Source: an uncultured Pseudomonadota bacterium (lineage in GTDB: Bacteria; Myxococcota_A; Polyangia; Fen-1088). Taken from it: a DNA stretch of 64,000 bases. A model generated the notes under the pieces. That model was not told where the DNA came from. It made no database searches and worked only from the letters and a program-made list of their open reading frames with translations. Below are positions 36,698 through 45,663 of the stretch, in pieces (the first letter of the stretch is position 1; each line of letters begins with the position of its first letter). Both the position numbers and the translations under genes were made by a program. The stretch covers positions 64,001 through 128,000 of the forward strand of contig CAWKBC010000029.1 in assembly GCA_963847705.1 (NCBI GenBank), given 5' to 3'.

Positions 36698-39393
36698 TCA
36701 CATCGGGCAGCCCGAGGCCACGTCGATCGGGATCTCCGTCAGGCCCGTGTGCCCGAGCGTATCGCCGCCGACCAGCCGGATGATCTTGATCGATTCATCG
36801 AGGAGGAGAGGCGCGGTGAGACCCGTGCCGAGCTGGGCACCCCGATCGTTGTTGGGATCGAGGCCCTGGCGGGCGAAGGAGTCGGAGTACCAGGTGAGAG
36901 AGACCGTCTCGCCGTCCGGGTTGTTGTAGGAGGCCATGGCGATGACGCTGGCGGCACCCTGGCAGTTGGTCAAGAACTCCTGGTCGACCCCCGGGGCCAG
37001 GAGGATCGGGGTGATGGCGGTGGACGACGGGTTCGGGTTGACGTTGATGTGCACGCTGGCCGTACCGCTGCCGGCCGTCGGGTAGGCGGTGCTGGTCGCC
37101 ACCACCGTCAGCGTGCGCGTCGGGCAATCGCCATACCAGATGTTTCCGGTCGCGCCGATGAGGTCGCCCGCGCAGTCCGACGTCCAGACCTGGTGATCGA
37201 GCTCGATCGTCTGGTTGCCGCCGCTCGAGTTGAAGGGGATGGTGAACGTGGACCTCATGAACGACCTGTCGTTCTGGTTGAACGTCTCTCCCTCGAACGG
37301 GTAGTCGATCTGCCCCGGGGCGCTGGTGACCGCCGGGCAGACGGTGGCCGTGTCGAGCGGAATGGTCTGGGTGGCCAGCGGCGTCGCCGGGAGGATGTCG
37401 AACGTCTGGCTGTAGCCCGGCCACGAATAGATGTCGCCTTCGTCGCGCCAGCAGAGCTCGACGAAGCAGCCGCAGCAGATGCCGGCTTCGACGTAGTAAC
37501 CGATCGTGCCGCTGCCGGCGGTGAGGATCGCCTGCGCGGTCAGCGTCTCGTTGACCTGGACCGAGCAAGACCCCGGCTGCAGGTTGAGGCTGGCCGAGAT
37601 GCCGACGTTGATCGGCACGCTGAGGCCGATCAGCTTGGCGGTCACGAAGAGGCCAGCGCCGACGAAGCCGCCGACGCTCAGGCCGCCGCGCAAGGTGGCG
37701 CTGATGCTGGCCGTCGGGTTGATCGCCAGCCCGACGCCGCTGGGCGTGAACCCGCCGGTCAACGTCGCCTGCAGCGAGAAGTCGATCGACGCGGCGATGC
37801 TGAAGATCCAGTAGTTGATGCTGGGGAGCGCGAAGTGCGGGGTGACGTTGGCGATCGGCTGGTTGATGCCGGCCGTGCCGCTGAAATCCTGGCACACCTG
37901 GTCGATGCCAAAGTAGCTGTAGCAGAAGTGGGCGGTGCCGTTCGAGGGGGGGATTGACCCGGCGCTGGGCGCGGGGGTGTGGCTCTCCGCGTGCCCGGTG
38001 AGGCTCACGATCGAGGTCTGGCCGCCGAGCAGCCAGATGTCGGCGCCGACGTCGAGATCGAAGCTGGTGTTTCGGGCGCCATTGGTGTCGATCGGCGCGT
38101 CGATGCTGCCGTTGGCGTGCCAGCCGGCGTCGGCGAGGTCGCTCCCGGTCAGACGTCCGCTCAGGCCGAAGGGCGGATCGGTGTTGGAGCTGCGCGTGGG
38201 CGGCAGGGCCGTGCCGTTGCGGATCACCGAGTCCTGCACGGGGATGGCGGGCGTCGGCAGGTGCAGCCGCACGAAGCCGGAGACCTGCCAGTTGCGCTGC
38301 GCCTGCACGAACCCGTTCAGCGAGGCCGCCACGTCGGCCGCGCTGGTGCCGAAGTAGGTCGGGATGGGCGGCAGTCCCGCCAAGAGATCGTCCTCGACCG
38401 GGTTGAGCGCGATCTGGGCGCGGACCTTGGTCGTCCCCGCGGCGGAGGCTCCGTTGACGATGGTCAGGCGCACGAAGCTGGCCGGGACCAGGTCGCCGGC
38501 GCGCGCGCCGCCCGCGCACGACGCGAACTTGTAGTCGTGCCCGGTGCTGGCGTCAGCGGTGTACTGGCAGACCACGTTCGCGGCTGTGCCCAGCGTGTAC
38601 TCGAAGGTCGCGCTGCCGGTGCCGACGGCGCCGGTGACGGCGTGGAAGCTGGCCGGGATCTGGATGATCCCCTGCGTGAAGGTCTGCTGCGCGACCGTGG
38701 TCGCGGCGGGCGAATACGCCTTCGAGGCCACCAGCAGAATCGACTGCCCCGGCGTGATCTGAGTTTCGTCGGTCGGCGCCGGCGGCTTCTTTCCCTTGAT
38801 CCGCAGGTTGTCGAGCCGATAGACGCCGGGGCTGTTGGTGGGGACGGTGAGCGCGATCCCGAAGGTCAGGTCGCTGAAGGTCGCTCCCTTGATGACGTCC
38901 GCGGTGGCGTCGGGAATCTTGAACCGCAAGGTGGAGTAGACCGCGGTGCGCATGCCGGTCAGCTCCACCTGCCCGAGGTAGGCGTTGTACAGGTTCCGGG
39001 ACGGGACGCTGACGTACATCTGCAGGGCGCCGGTCCAGTAGGGGCTCACCTGCTCCGTCGGGATCATGAAATCCAGGGCGGCGTAGGCGCCCCGATCGAT
39101 CTTCATCAGCTCGGGCGTGCTCGAGGCGAGCTTCGCGCTGTCGATGCGCACGTTGCCCGACGGCTTCGTCAGGGCCAGCGCCGACGCGCCCTGGGTGCGG
39201 TGGTGGTGAGCGCGACACTCTGCACCTGCCCCTGCGTGACCGTCCAGCCGCCGAGCGCCTCGAACCCCAGCGTGTCAGCGAACGTCAGCGCGTCGCGCCG
39301 GGTCTCGACCTCGGTGGGGCTCTGGCATGCAGCCAGAACGGCGAGTGAGATGAGGGCGAGCCCTTTACCAACCTTCCAGTCGAATCCAAACAT
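36698..39393 (-). CDS. Large lipoprotein (about 900 aa) with an extended amphipathic beta-sheet region, frameshifted near 39199
   Basis: Lipobox LAAC in ORF 39169-39393. Adding one C gives TTTRTQGASALALTKPSGNVRID, joining ORF 36698-39151. Confidence 0.8.
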
Positions 39394-39465
39394 TCTGATG
39401 TCCTCCGGGACCGCGTACGTTTCTGGCGTGAAGCTGCCCGCGCCAGCACAGGGTGGCGCGGAGAA

Positions 39466-39485
39466 TCAGTGATCTAGATCACTGA
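39466..39485. promoter_or_regulatory. Perfect 20-bp palindrome TCAGTGATCTAGATCACTGA, CRP/FNR-family-like operator
   Basis: Self-complementary. The 14-bp core GTGATCTAGATCAC equals the core of the symmetric E. coli CRP consensus. Confidence 0.8.
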
Positions 39486-39879
39486 CGCAAGCTCGGAATT
39501 GGCCCCCGCACCGACGGCGGTGGCGTCACGACTCTCGGCGTTTCAGGACTTCCCGACTTCCTTCGGGCCTGCGCCACCGTCCCCTCACGCCTCACGGCGT
39601 CTCCCTCGATCGCACGTACATGGTCGGTCGTCCTCCGCGTTTGGTCACGCCCCACGGCGTCGCCGCGAACGTCACCAGGAGAACCCCCGAGCCACCGATT
39701 TCGCGCAAATCTTTTTTCGCGGACGGCGGACGGGCCGGCGGCGATCCTCACGCCGTTCCTCACAGCCGTCTGGCGTGCCTCGACTTCCCCCCGGGCGGCG
39801 TCTGATATCTTTTCGGGATGGGCCTCGCGCGCGCGGACAAGGTCGCCATCGTGGCCGGAAGACGGCCGGGCGTCCGCGC

Positions 39880-41073
39880 GTGAGCCGACGTTCGGTCCCC
39901 GCGGTCAGCATCGCGGTCGTCGGCGGGGCGGGCGCGATGGGTCGGATCGTCGTGCGCGATCTGGCGGAGACCGCCGGGCCGGCGGTGAAGATCGTCATCG
40001 CCGACTCCAACCAGCGGGCGGCCGGGCAGCTGGCGCGCGCGCTGGGCACGCGCGCGCGCGCGATGAAGGTCGACGTCACCCAGATCGCCCCGACCGCCCG
40101 GGCGCTCGCGGGCGCGTTCGCGATCATCAACTGCTGCCAGCACGAATTCAATCTGCCGGTGATGGAGGCCGCGCTGCGCGTCGGCGCCCACTACTGCGAC
40201 CTCGGCGGGCTGTTCCACCTCACCCGCCGGCAGCTCGGGCTGCACGCGCGCTTCCGGCGGGCCGGTCTGCTGGCGCTGCTGGGGATCGGCGCGGCGCCCG
40301 GGATCGTCAACCTGCTGGCGCGCGCCGCGGCCGACGACATGGAGCGCGTCGATGAGATCCACATCCTGGTGGGAAACGTCGATCGCACGCCGGGGCGGCA
40401 GCCCGGCGTCTTTGGCGCCTCCTATTCGCTGCAGACCATCCTGGATGAGGCCTCGCTGCCGGCGGCCATCTTCACCGGCGGCAAGTTCGCCTTCGTGGCG
40501 CCGATGAGCGATCCCCAGGCGGTGCGATTTCCCGCGCCGGTGGGCCTTCGCCATCCGGCACGAACACTCCACTCCGAGGTGGCGACGCTGCCGCTCAGCT
40601 ATCGGGCCAAAGGGGTGCGCGAGGTCAGCTTCAGGATCGCCTTTCCGGACGCGCTGGCCGATCGGTTGCGGTTCCTGCACGCGCTGGGCATGACCTCGAC
40701 CATCCCCATCCCGGTCGGAAAGCGCCGGGTGGCGCCGCGCGAGCTGCTGACCGCCCTCCACCGGCGTCTCCCGAGGCCCGCCCCGGGCGGTCCGCCCGAC
40801 GAGCACGAGGTCCTGCGGGTGGTGGTCCGGGGCGCGCGACAGGGGAAGGATGTGGAGGAGGTTCTGGATTGCCGCACCCACGGAATCGCGGCCTGGGGGC
40901 TGGGTGTGGATGTCGACACCGGATGCCCGCCTTCGATCGCCATGCAGCTTCTGGCGGCGGGGGCGATCACGGCGCGCGGTGTCCTGCCGCCCGAACAGGC
41001 GATCCCGGTCGCGCCGTTCTTCGCAGAGCTCGCCAAGCGCGGCATGCGTGTGCACCGCCGTCGGACGCGCTGA
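39880..41073 (+). CDS. Saccharopine dehydrogenase family oxidoreductase
   Basis: VVGGAGAMG, HYCDLGG, GIGAAPGIVN, YSLQTILDE, LHSEVATLP, GVLPPE. Confidence 0.9.
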   Translation: MSRRSVPAVSIAVVGGAGAMGRIVVRDLAETAGPAVKIVIADSNQRAAGQLARALGTRARAMKVDVTQIAPTARALAGAFAIINCCQHEFNLPVMEAALRVGAHYCDLGGLFHLTRRQLGLHARFRRAGLLALLGIGAAPGIVNLLARAAADDMERVDEIHILVGNVDRTPGRQPGVFGASYSLQTILDEASLPAAIFTGGKFAFVAPMSDPQAVRFPAPVGLRHPARTLHSEVATLPLSYRAKGVREVSFRIAFPDALADRLRFLHALGMTSTIPIPVGKRRVAPRELLTALHRRLPRPAPGGPPDEHEVLRVVVRGARQGKDVEEVLDCRTHGIAAWGLGVDVDTGCPPSIAMQLLAAGAITARGVLPPEQAIPVAPFFAELAKRGMRVHRRRTR

Positions 41074-41131
41074 GCGCGGTTGCGGCGACGGTCGTCGGCC
41101 GGCCGGCGAAACCCGTCGGCGCGGGCGACGT

Positions 41132-42598
41132 TCAGATGTTTGGCCGACGGAGCGGCAAGGGTGCGCGCGCGGCGCCGTATCCCCCGAGGCCGGCCGGGAT
41201 CAGCGAGAGCCGCACGAGCAAGAAGTAGAGCGCCATGGGCAGCAGCACCGCCGGACCCGAGGCGGTGAGCAGGCGGACCGGTCCCCGCGCCGCCAGGCTG
41301 ACGGGATCGAGCAGCCACAGGTAGACCAGCTGGCCGAGCAGCACGCAGCCGAGGGCGGCAAGGTTGAAGCCGCGGAAAAATCGGTAGTGCCCGTCCTGGG
41401 CGTCCTCGAAGATCTGCGAGACGTTGAGCCGCCCCCGCCTGATGAGCAGGTAGTCGACCAGCACCACGCCCGAGATGGGTGCAAACATGGTCGCGTTGTA
41501 CGCCAGGAAGGCCGAGCCCCGGGCGTAGAGCCACTCGGGCGCGACGGCGTAGATCAACACCGGAACGAAGCTGCAGGCGGTCAGGGCGCGCCACGACAGC
41601 TGCCGCAGCGGGCGCACGTGCCGGCAGGCCAGCGCCGCCGTGTACATCATCAGTGCCGAGGCGGAGACGTTGGCGATCGCGACCAGCGCCAGCGCCAGCG
41701 CACCCAGGATGGGCCCTCCGGCGCGGATCATCCAGATCGTCGGATCGTACGAACGGTAGAGCAGTCCGGCCAGAAGACCGGTGCAGCAGACCAGACCCAT
41801 CCCCAGCCCCAGGGTGAGCACCTGTGGATAGAGGCTGTTGCGTTGCGTGTCGGTGTTGCGCGAGAGAAAGCCGATTCCCGGCCACCAGGAGAATCCGGCG
41901 CCCAGACCGTATTCGAGCGCGATCACGTAGCCGAGCCGCGCGTCCGCCACAGGCGCCAGCGGCGTCTGGCGCACGAGCGCCGCCCAACCTCCGTGGCGGA
42001 AGATGACGTAGAAGAGAAGTCCGGTCACCGCCAGGAGGCCTGGCGTGACGACCGAGTTGAGAACGTTGAGGATGTGGACCCCCCGGATGACGATCAGGTA
42101 AGCGATCGCAATCCCGGCGCCGACCGCGATGCGCACCACCCACTGGCTCGACGGGCCCACCGGGCCTCCAACCGCGCCGATCACGTTGGCGGCGCCGCGG
42201 CCGAACATGACCAGGATCATTCCCGTCCAGCCGACCTGGTTGATGACGTAGAAAATGAGGATCACCTTGGCGCCGCTCTGGCCGAAGCAGGACTTGGTGA
42301 AGTCGATCTGTTCCAGGCCGTACCGATTGCACGCGAGCGCCGAGCCGGCGGCGGACAGCGTCACCCCGATCACGCAGCCGGCGATGAGAGCCACCACCCC
42401 TTGCACGGCCCCCACCACGTTGGCCGCGTAGCCGCCGATGAGAAAACACCAGGCCGCGACCGCGTAGGTGAACCCGGTGGCCAGGATCCCTCGGGTCGAG
42501 TACTCGCGCTCGCCCCGCAGGAGGGGCAGCCGCCCGAACAGCGCCTGATCACGCAGCCGGGCCGCGAACTCAGGCGCCGGCTCGGGGGCAGCTCTCAT
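41132..42598 (-). CDS. NCS1 / purine-cytosine permease family transporter
   Basis: About 12 TM segments. RYGLEQ..., FGQSG, APISGVVLVDYLLIRR, GFNLAA. Confidence 0.85.
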   Translation of the reverse strand: MRAAPEPAPEFAARLRDQALFGRLPLLRGEREYSTRGILATGFTYAVAAWCFLIGGYAANVVGAVQGVVALIAGCVIGVTLSAAGSALACNRYGLEQIDFTKSCFGQSGAKVILIFYVINQVGWTGMILVMFGRGAANVIGAVGGPVGPSSQWVVRIAVGAGIAIAYLIVIRGVHILNVLNSVVTPGLLAVTGLLFYVIFRHGGWAALVRQTPLAPVADARLGYVIALEYGLGAGFSWWPGIGFLSRNTDTQRNSLYPQVLTLGLGMGLVCCTGLLAGLLYRSYDPTIWMIRAGGPILGALALALVAIANVSASALMMYTAALACRHVRPLRQLSWRALTACSFVPVLIYAVAPEWLYARGSAFLAYNATMFAPISGVVLVDYLLIRRGRLNVSQIFEDAQDGHYRFFRGFNLAALGCVLLGQLVYLWLLDPVSLAARGPVRLLTASGPAVLLPMALYFLLVRLSLIPAGLGGYGAARAPLPLRRPNI

Positions 42599-42801
42599 CG
42601 ACAGATCCAGATCGCCAGCGCGGGCGCGAGCAGGCAGAGGATGAACACCAGGAGCGCGTCGCCGAGACCCATCCGCCCGAACGCCTCGTCGGAGGCCGCG
42701 GCGAGCTCGGCCAAGCGACGTTCCAGCTCCGCCCGCAGCGCGCGCCGGTAGCGTTCCTCGCTCGCGCCGGCGCCGGTTCCCGGATCGTCCGCCTGGGCCA
42801 T
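42595..42801 (-). CDS. Small single-TM protein translationally coupled to the permease
   Basis: 68 aa, charged helix then C-terminal TM. ATGA overlap with the permease start. Confidence 0.7.
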   Translation of the reverse strand: MAQADDPGTGAGASEERYRRALRAELERRLAELAAASDEAFGRMGLGDALLVFILCLLAPALAIWICR

Positions 42802-42861
42802 TCTGGAAGATGTAGCAACCCCCTGGCCGTTCGGGGACGGCAGCCTCAACAATGATGGGCC

Positions 42862-44427
42862 ATGCGCCGGATCTCGATCTGCGTCGCCACGCTGCTGCTG
42901 GCGGCCTGCCACGCGCCGGCCGCCGGATCGTCGTTGGCGTCACCTCCCGAGGCGGCCGCGCCCGCTGCGCCTGGGGCCGCCTCCGAGGTGGCGCCTCGCG
43001 TGGTCGTCGTCGGCGGTGGAATCGCCGGTCTGGTCAGCGCCTACGCGCTCGGCAAGCGCGGCATCGCCACCCGGCTTCTCGAGGCCAGCGAGAGCTGGGG
43101 CGGGCGGGTGGCCACCGCGACCTACGCCGACGGCAACTACGCGGAGTACGGGATGCAGGAGATCTGGGCGGACAACCCGTTGCTCGGCATCGCCCGCGAG
43201 CTGGCGGTGCCGCTCGACGAGAAGGTGGAGGATCCGTATTCGAGCGTGGTGCTGGACGGCAAGCTCTTCCCCTTCGTCCAACCGACGGCGGAGAAGTTCT
43301 TGGCCTCGTTCCTGGATCCCGGCGAACGGAAGGCGCTGGCGGCCTTCATGCAAAGAGCGGCGGCGCTGGGCGAGGCGGCGCACGCGGCCGGGCCCTTGAG
43401 CCCGGAGCTGGAGCAGCTCCAGAGCGTGTCGTTCGCGGACTGGGTGGGAACGTTTGGTCTGCCGCCGCGGGTCTCGGAGTGGATCCGGCTCACCATCGAG
43501 TGCGAGCTGGCGACCGACTGGAAGAGCTTCTCCGGGTTGATCGGCCTCATCGAATTTCGGTTCTTTCTCGGTCCCGGCGAGCCCAATTACCACGTGCGCG
43601 GCGGCAACGCGCGTCTCATCGCCGCGCTGGTCGGCGCCATCCAGGGCCCGAAGACGCTGCTGGCCACGGTGACCGCCATCGAGCGCTGGAAGACCCCCGA
43701 TGGGCGCACGCGCGCCCGGGTCTCGTACATGCGCGATGAACGGCTGGAGACCGTGGAGGCCGACCAGGTGATCCTGGCGGTTCCGTTCTATCGCCTGCAC
43801 CAGATCCAGATCGATCCCCCGCTGTCGGACCAGAAGTGGCAGGCCATCCTCACGCTCGGCCGCGGCCAGTACACCGTGGTGCACCTGCTGGTGGACAAGC
43901 GCGCGCGACAGATCTGGATGGTGCACGGCCGGTCGCCCTTTCCGGTCCTGACCGACGGCCCCCTCGGCGTCGTGTACGGCGTGATGCACGAGAGCCCGGC
44001 CTCCCAGCCGCTCGAGGTCTTCTCGCTGCTGATCCACGGCGCCGCGGCGGGCGCCTTTCACATGGTGCCGCGCGAGATCAAGGTGCGGGAGATCCTGACC
44101 GCGCTGGACAAGCTGTGGCCCGGCCTGTCAGCGCACGTCCGTTCGAGCCAGGTGTTCACCTATCATCCGGCGGCGCTCCCGGTCTGGCCGCCCGGCCGCT
44201 CGCCGCTGGATGAGGGCGCGCGCAGTCTGCGGGAGCCTGAGCTCGGTCTCTACCTGGCGGGCGACTACACGCTGAGCGGTCACTCCAACGGCGCGGCCGA
44301 GAGCGGTCTGGCGGTGGCGGCGCAGATCAGCCGGGACCTCACGGCGACGACGGCAGCGGCAACGACGCCCGCAGAGCGGTTTCGATCACCGCCAACCCCT
44401 CCTCCAGGAGATCTTCGGGCGCCGTGA
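42862..44427 (+). CDS. Lipoprotein flavin-dependent amine oxidase
   Basis: Lipobox LAAC, VVVGGGIAGL, LEASESWGGR, EYGM, LYLAGDY...NGAAESG. Confidence 0.88.
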   Translation: MRRISICVATLLLAACHAPAAGSSLASPPEAAAPAAPGAASEVAPRVVVVGGGIAGLVSAYALGKRGIATRLLEASESWGGRVATATYADGNYAEYGMQEIWADNPLLGIARELAVPLDEKVEDPYSSVVLDGKLFPFVQPTAEKFLASFLDPGERKALAAFMQRAAALGEAAHAAGPLSPELEQLQSVSFADWVGTFGLPPRVSEWIRLTIECELATDWKSFSGLIGLIEFRFFLGPGEPNYHVRGGNARLIAALVGAIQGPKTLLATVTAIERWKTPDGRTRARVSYMRDERLETVEADQVILAVPFYRLHQIQIDPPLSDQKWQAILTLGRGQYTVVHLLVDKRARQIWMVHGRSPFPVLTDGPLGVVYGVMHESPASQPLEVFSLLIHGAAAGAFHMVPREIKVREILTALDKLWPGLSAHVRSSQVFTYHPAALPVWPPGRSPLDEGARSLREPELGLYLAGDYTLSGHSNGAAESGLAVAAQISRDLTATTAAATTPAERFRSPPTPPPGDLRAP

Positions 44428-45661
44428 GCGGCACCAGGAACCGCACGACGTTGCCGTAGGTCCCCGCCGACAGCAGCAGCACGCCGCGCGCGCGCGCCTC
44501 GGCGATCGTCCGCTGGGTCTCGGCCGCCGCCGGCTCGCGCGTGACCGGGTCGCGCACCAGCTCGATGGCCTGCATGGGGCCCAGGCCCCGCACCTCCCCG
44601 ATGAGCGGCATCGCGCTGGCCAGGGCCCGCATCCGCGCCTCGATCCGCCGGCCCAGCGCCTGGGGACGGCCGCTCTCGAGCTCCGCTTCCAGGAGGCGGA
44701 TCGCCTCCAGCGCGGCGGCGCAGGCGATCGGATTGCCGGCGAACGTTCCGCCGGTGCCGCCGGGCGCCACGGCGTCCATGATGCTGGCGCGGCCGACCAC
44801 CGCGGCCAGCGGCAACCCGCCGGCGATCGACTTGGCCACGGTCATCACATCCGGCCGCAGGCCCAATCGTTCCGATGCGAACATCGTGCCCGTGCGCCCG
44901 AAGCCGGACTGGATCTCGTCGGCGATGAGGACGATCCCGTGTCGGTCGCAGAAGGCGCGCAGCTCGGCGACGAAGCTCGCCGGCGCCACCAGGAATCCCC
45001 CCTCGCCCAGCACCGGCTCCAGGATGACCGCCGCCAGATCCTGCGGGCGCACCAGGGTCTTGAGCGCGGTCTCGATCCCGTTGCGCGGCCCCTGGCCGCG
45101 GTATTCGTAGGGGAAGGGCAACCGATAGATGTCGGGCGCATAAGGACCGAAGCCGGCCTTGTAGGGCAGCGCCTTGCCGGTCAGGGTGAGGGTGAGCAAC
45201 GTGCGGCCGTGGTAGCCGTGCTCGAAGCAGAGGATGCCGCCCCGTCCGGTGAAGCCGCGCGCGATCTTGATCGCGTTCTCGACCGCCTCGGCGCCGGTGG
45301 TGATCAGCAAGGCGCGCTTTTCGAAGTCCCCCGGCATCAGCCGGCAGAGCGCCTCCGCGACCGCCACGTACCCTTCGTAGCCGACCACCTGGAAGCAGGC
45401 GTGGGTGCAGCGCCCGGCCTGTTGCTGGATGGCGGCCACGATCTCGGCGCGCGCGTGCCCGAGGTTGAGCACCCCGATGCCGCCGGTGAAATCGAGGAAG
45501 GTGTTGCCGTCGACGTCGGTGAGGGTGCTGCCCGAGGCGTGCGCGACGAAGATCGGGTGCACGGTGGCGACGCCGTCCATCACCGCCCTCTGGCGCCGCT
45601 GCATCAGGGCCTGGCTCTTGGGGCCGGGGATCGGTCCCGCGATCCGGATGTACCGGCCCAT
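44339..45661 (-). CDS. gabT: 4-aminobutyrate/5-aminovalerate aminotransferase (class III PLP)
   Basis: DFTGGIG, TGAEAVENAIKIAR, EPVLGEGGF, DEIQSGFGRTG, AKSIAGGLPL, GGTFAGNP, GTYGNVVRFL. Confidence 0.92.
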   Translation of the reverse strand: MGRYIRIAGPIPGPKSQALMQRRQRAVMDGVATVHPIFVAHASGSTLTDVDGNTFLDFTGGIGVLNLGHARAEIVAAIQQQAGRCTHACFQVVGYEGYVAVAEALCRLMPGDFEKRALLITTGAEAVENAIKIARGFTGRGGILCFEHGYHGRTLLTLTLTGKALPYKAGFGPYAPDIYRLPFPYEYRGQGPRNGIETALKTLVRPQDLAAVILEPVLGEGGFLVAPASFVAELRAFCDRHGIVLIADEIQSGFGRTGTMFASERLGLRPDVMTVAKSIAGGLPLAAVVGRASIMDAVAPGGTGGTFAGNPIACAAALEAIRLLEAELESGRPQALGRRIEARMRALASAMPLIGEVRGLGPMQAIELVRDPVTREPAAAETQRTIAEARARGVLLLSAGTYGNVVRFLVPLTAPEDLLEEGLAVIETALRASLPLPSSP

Positions 45662-45663
45662 CG

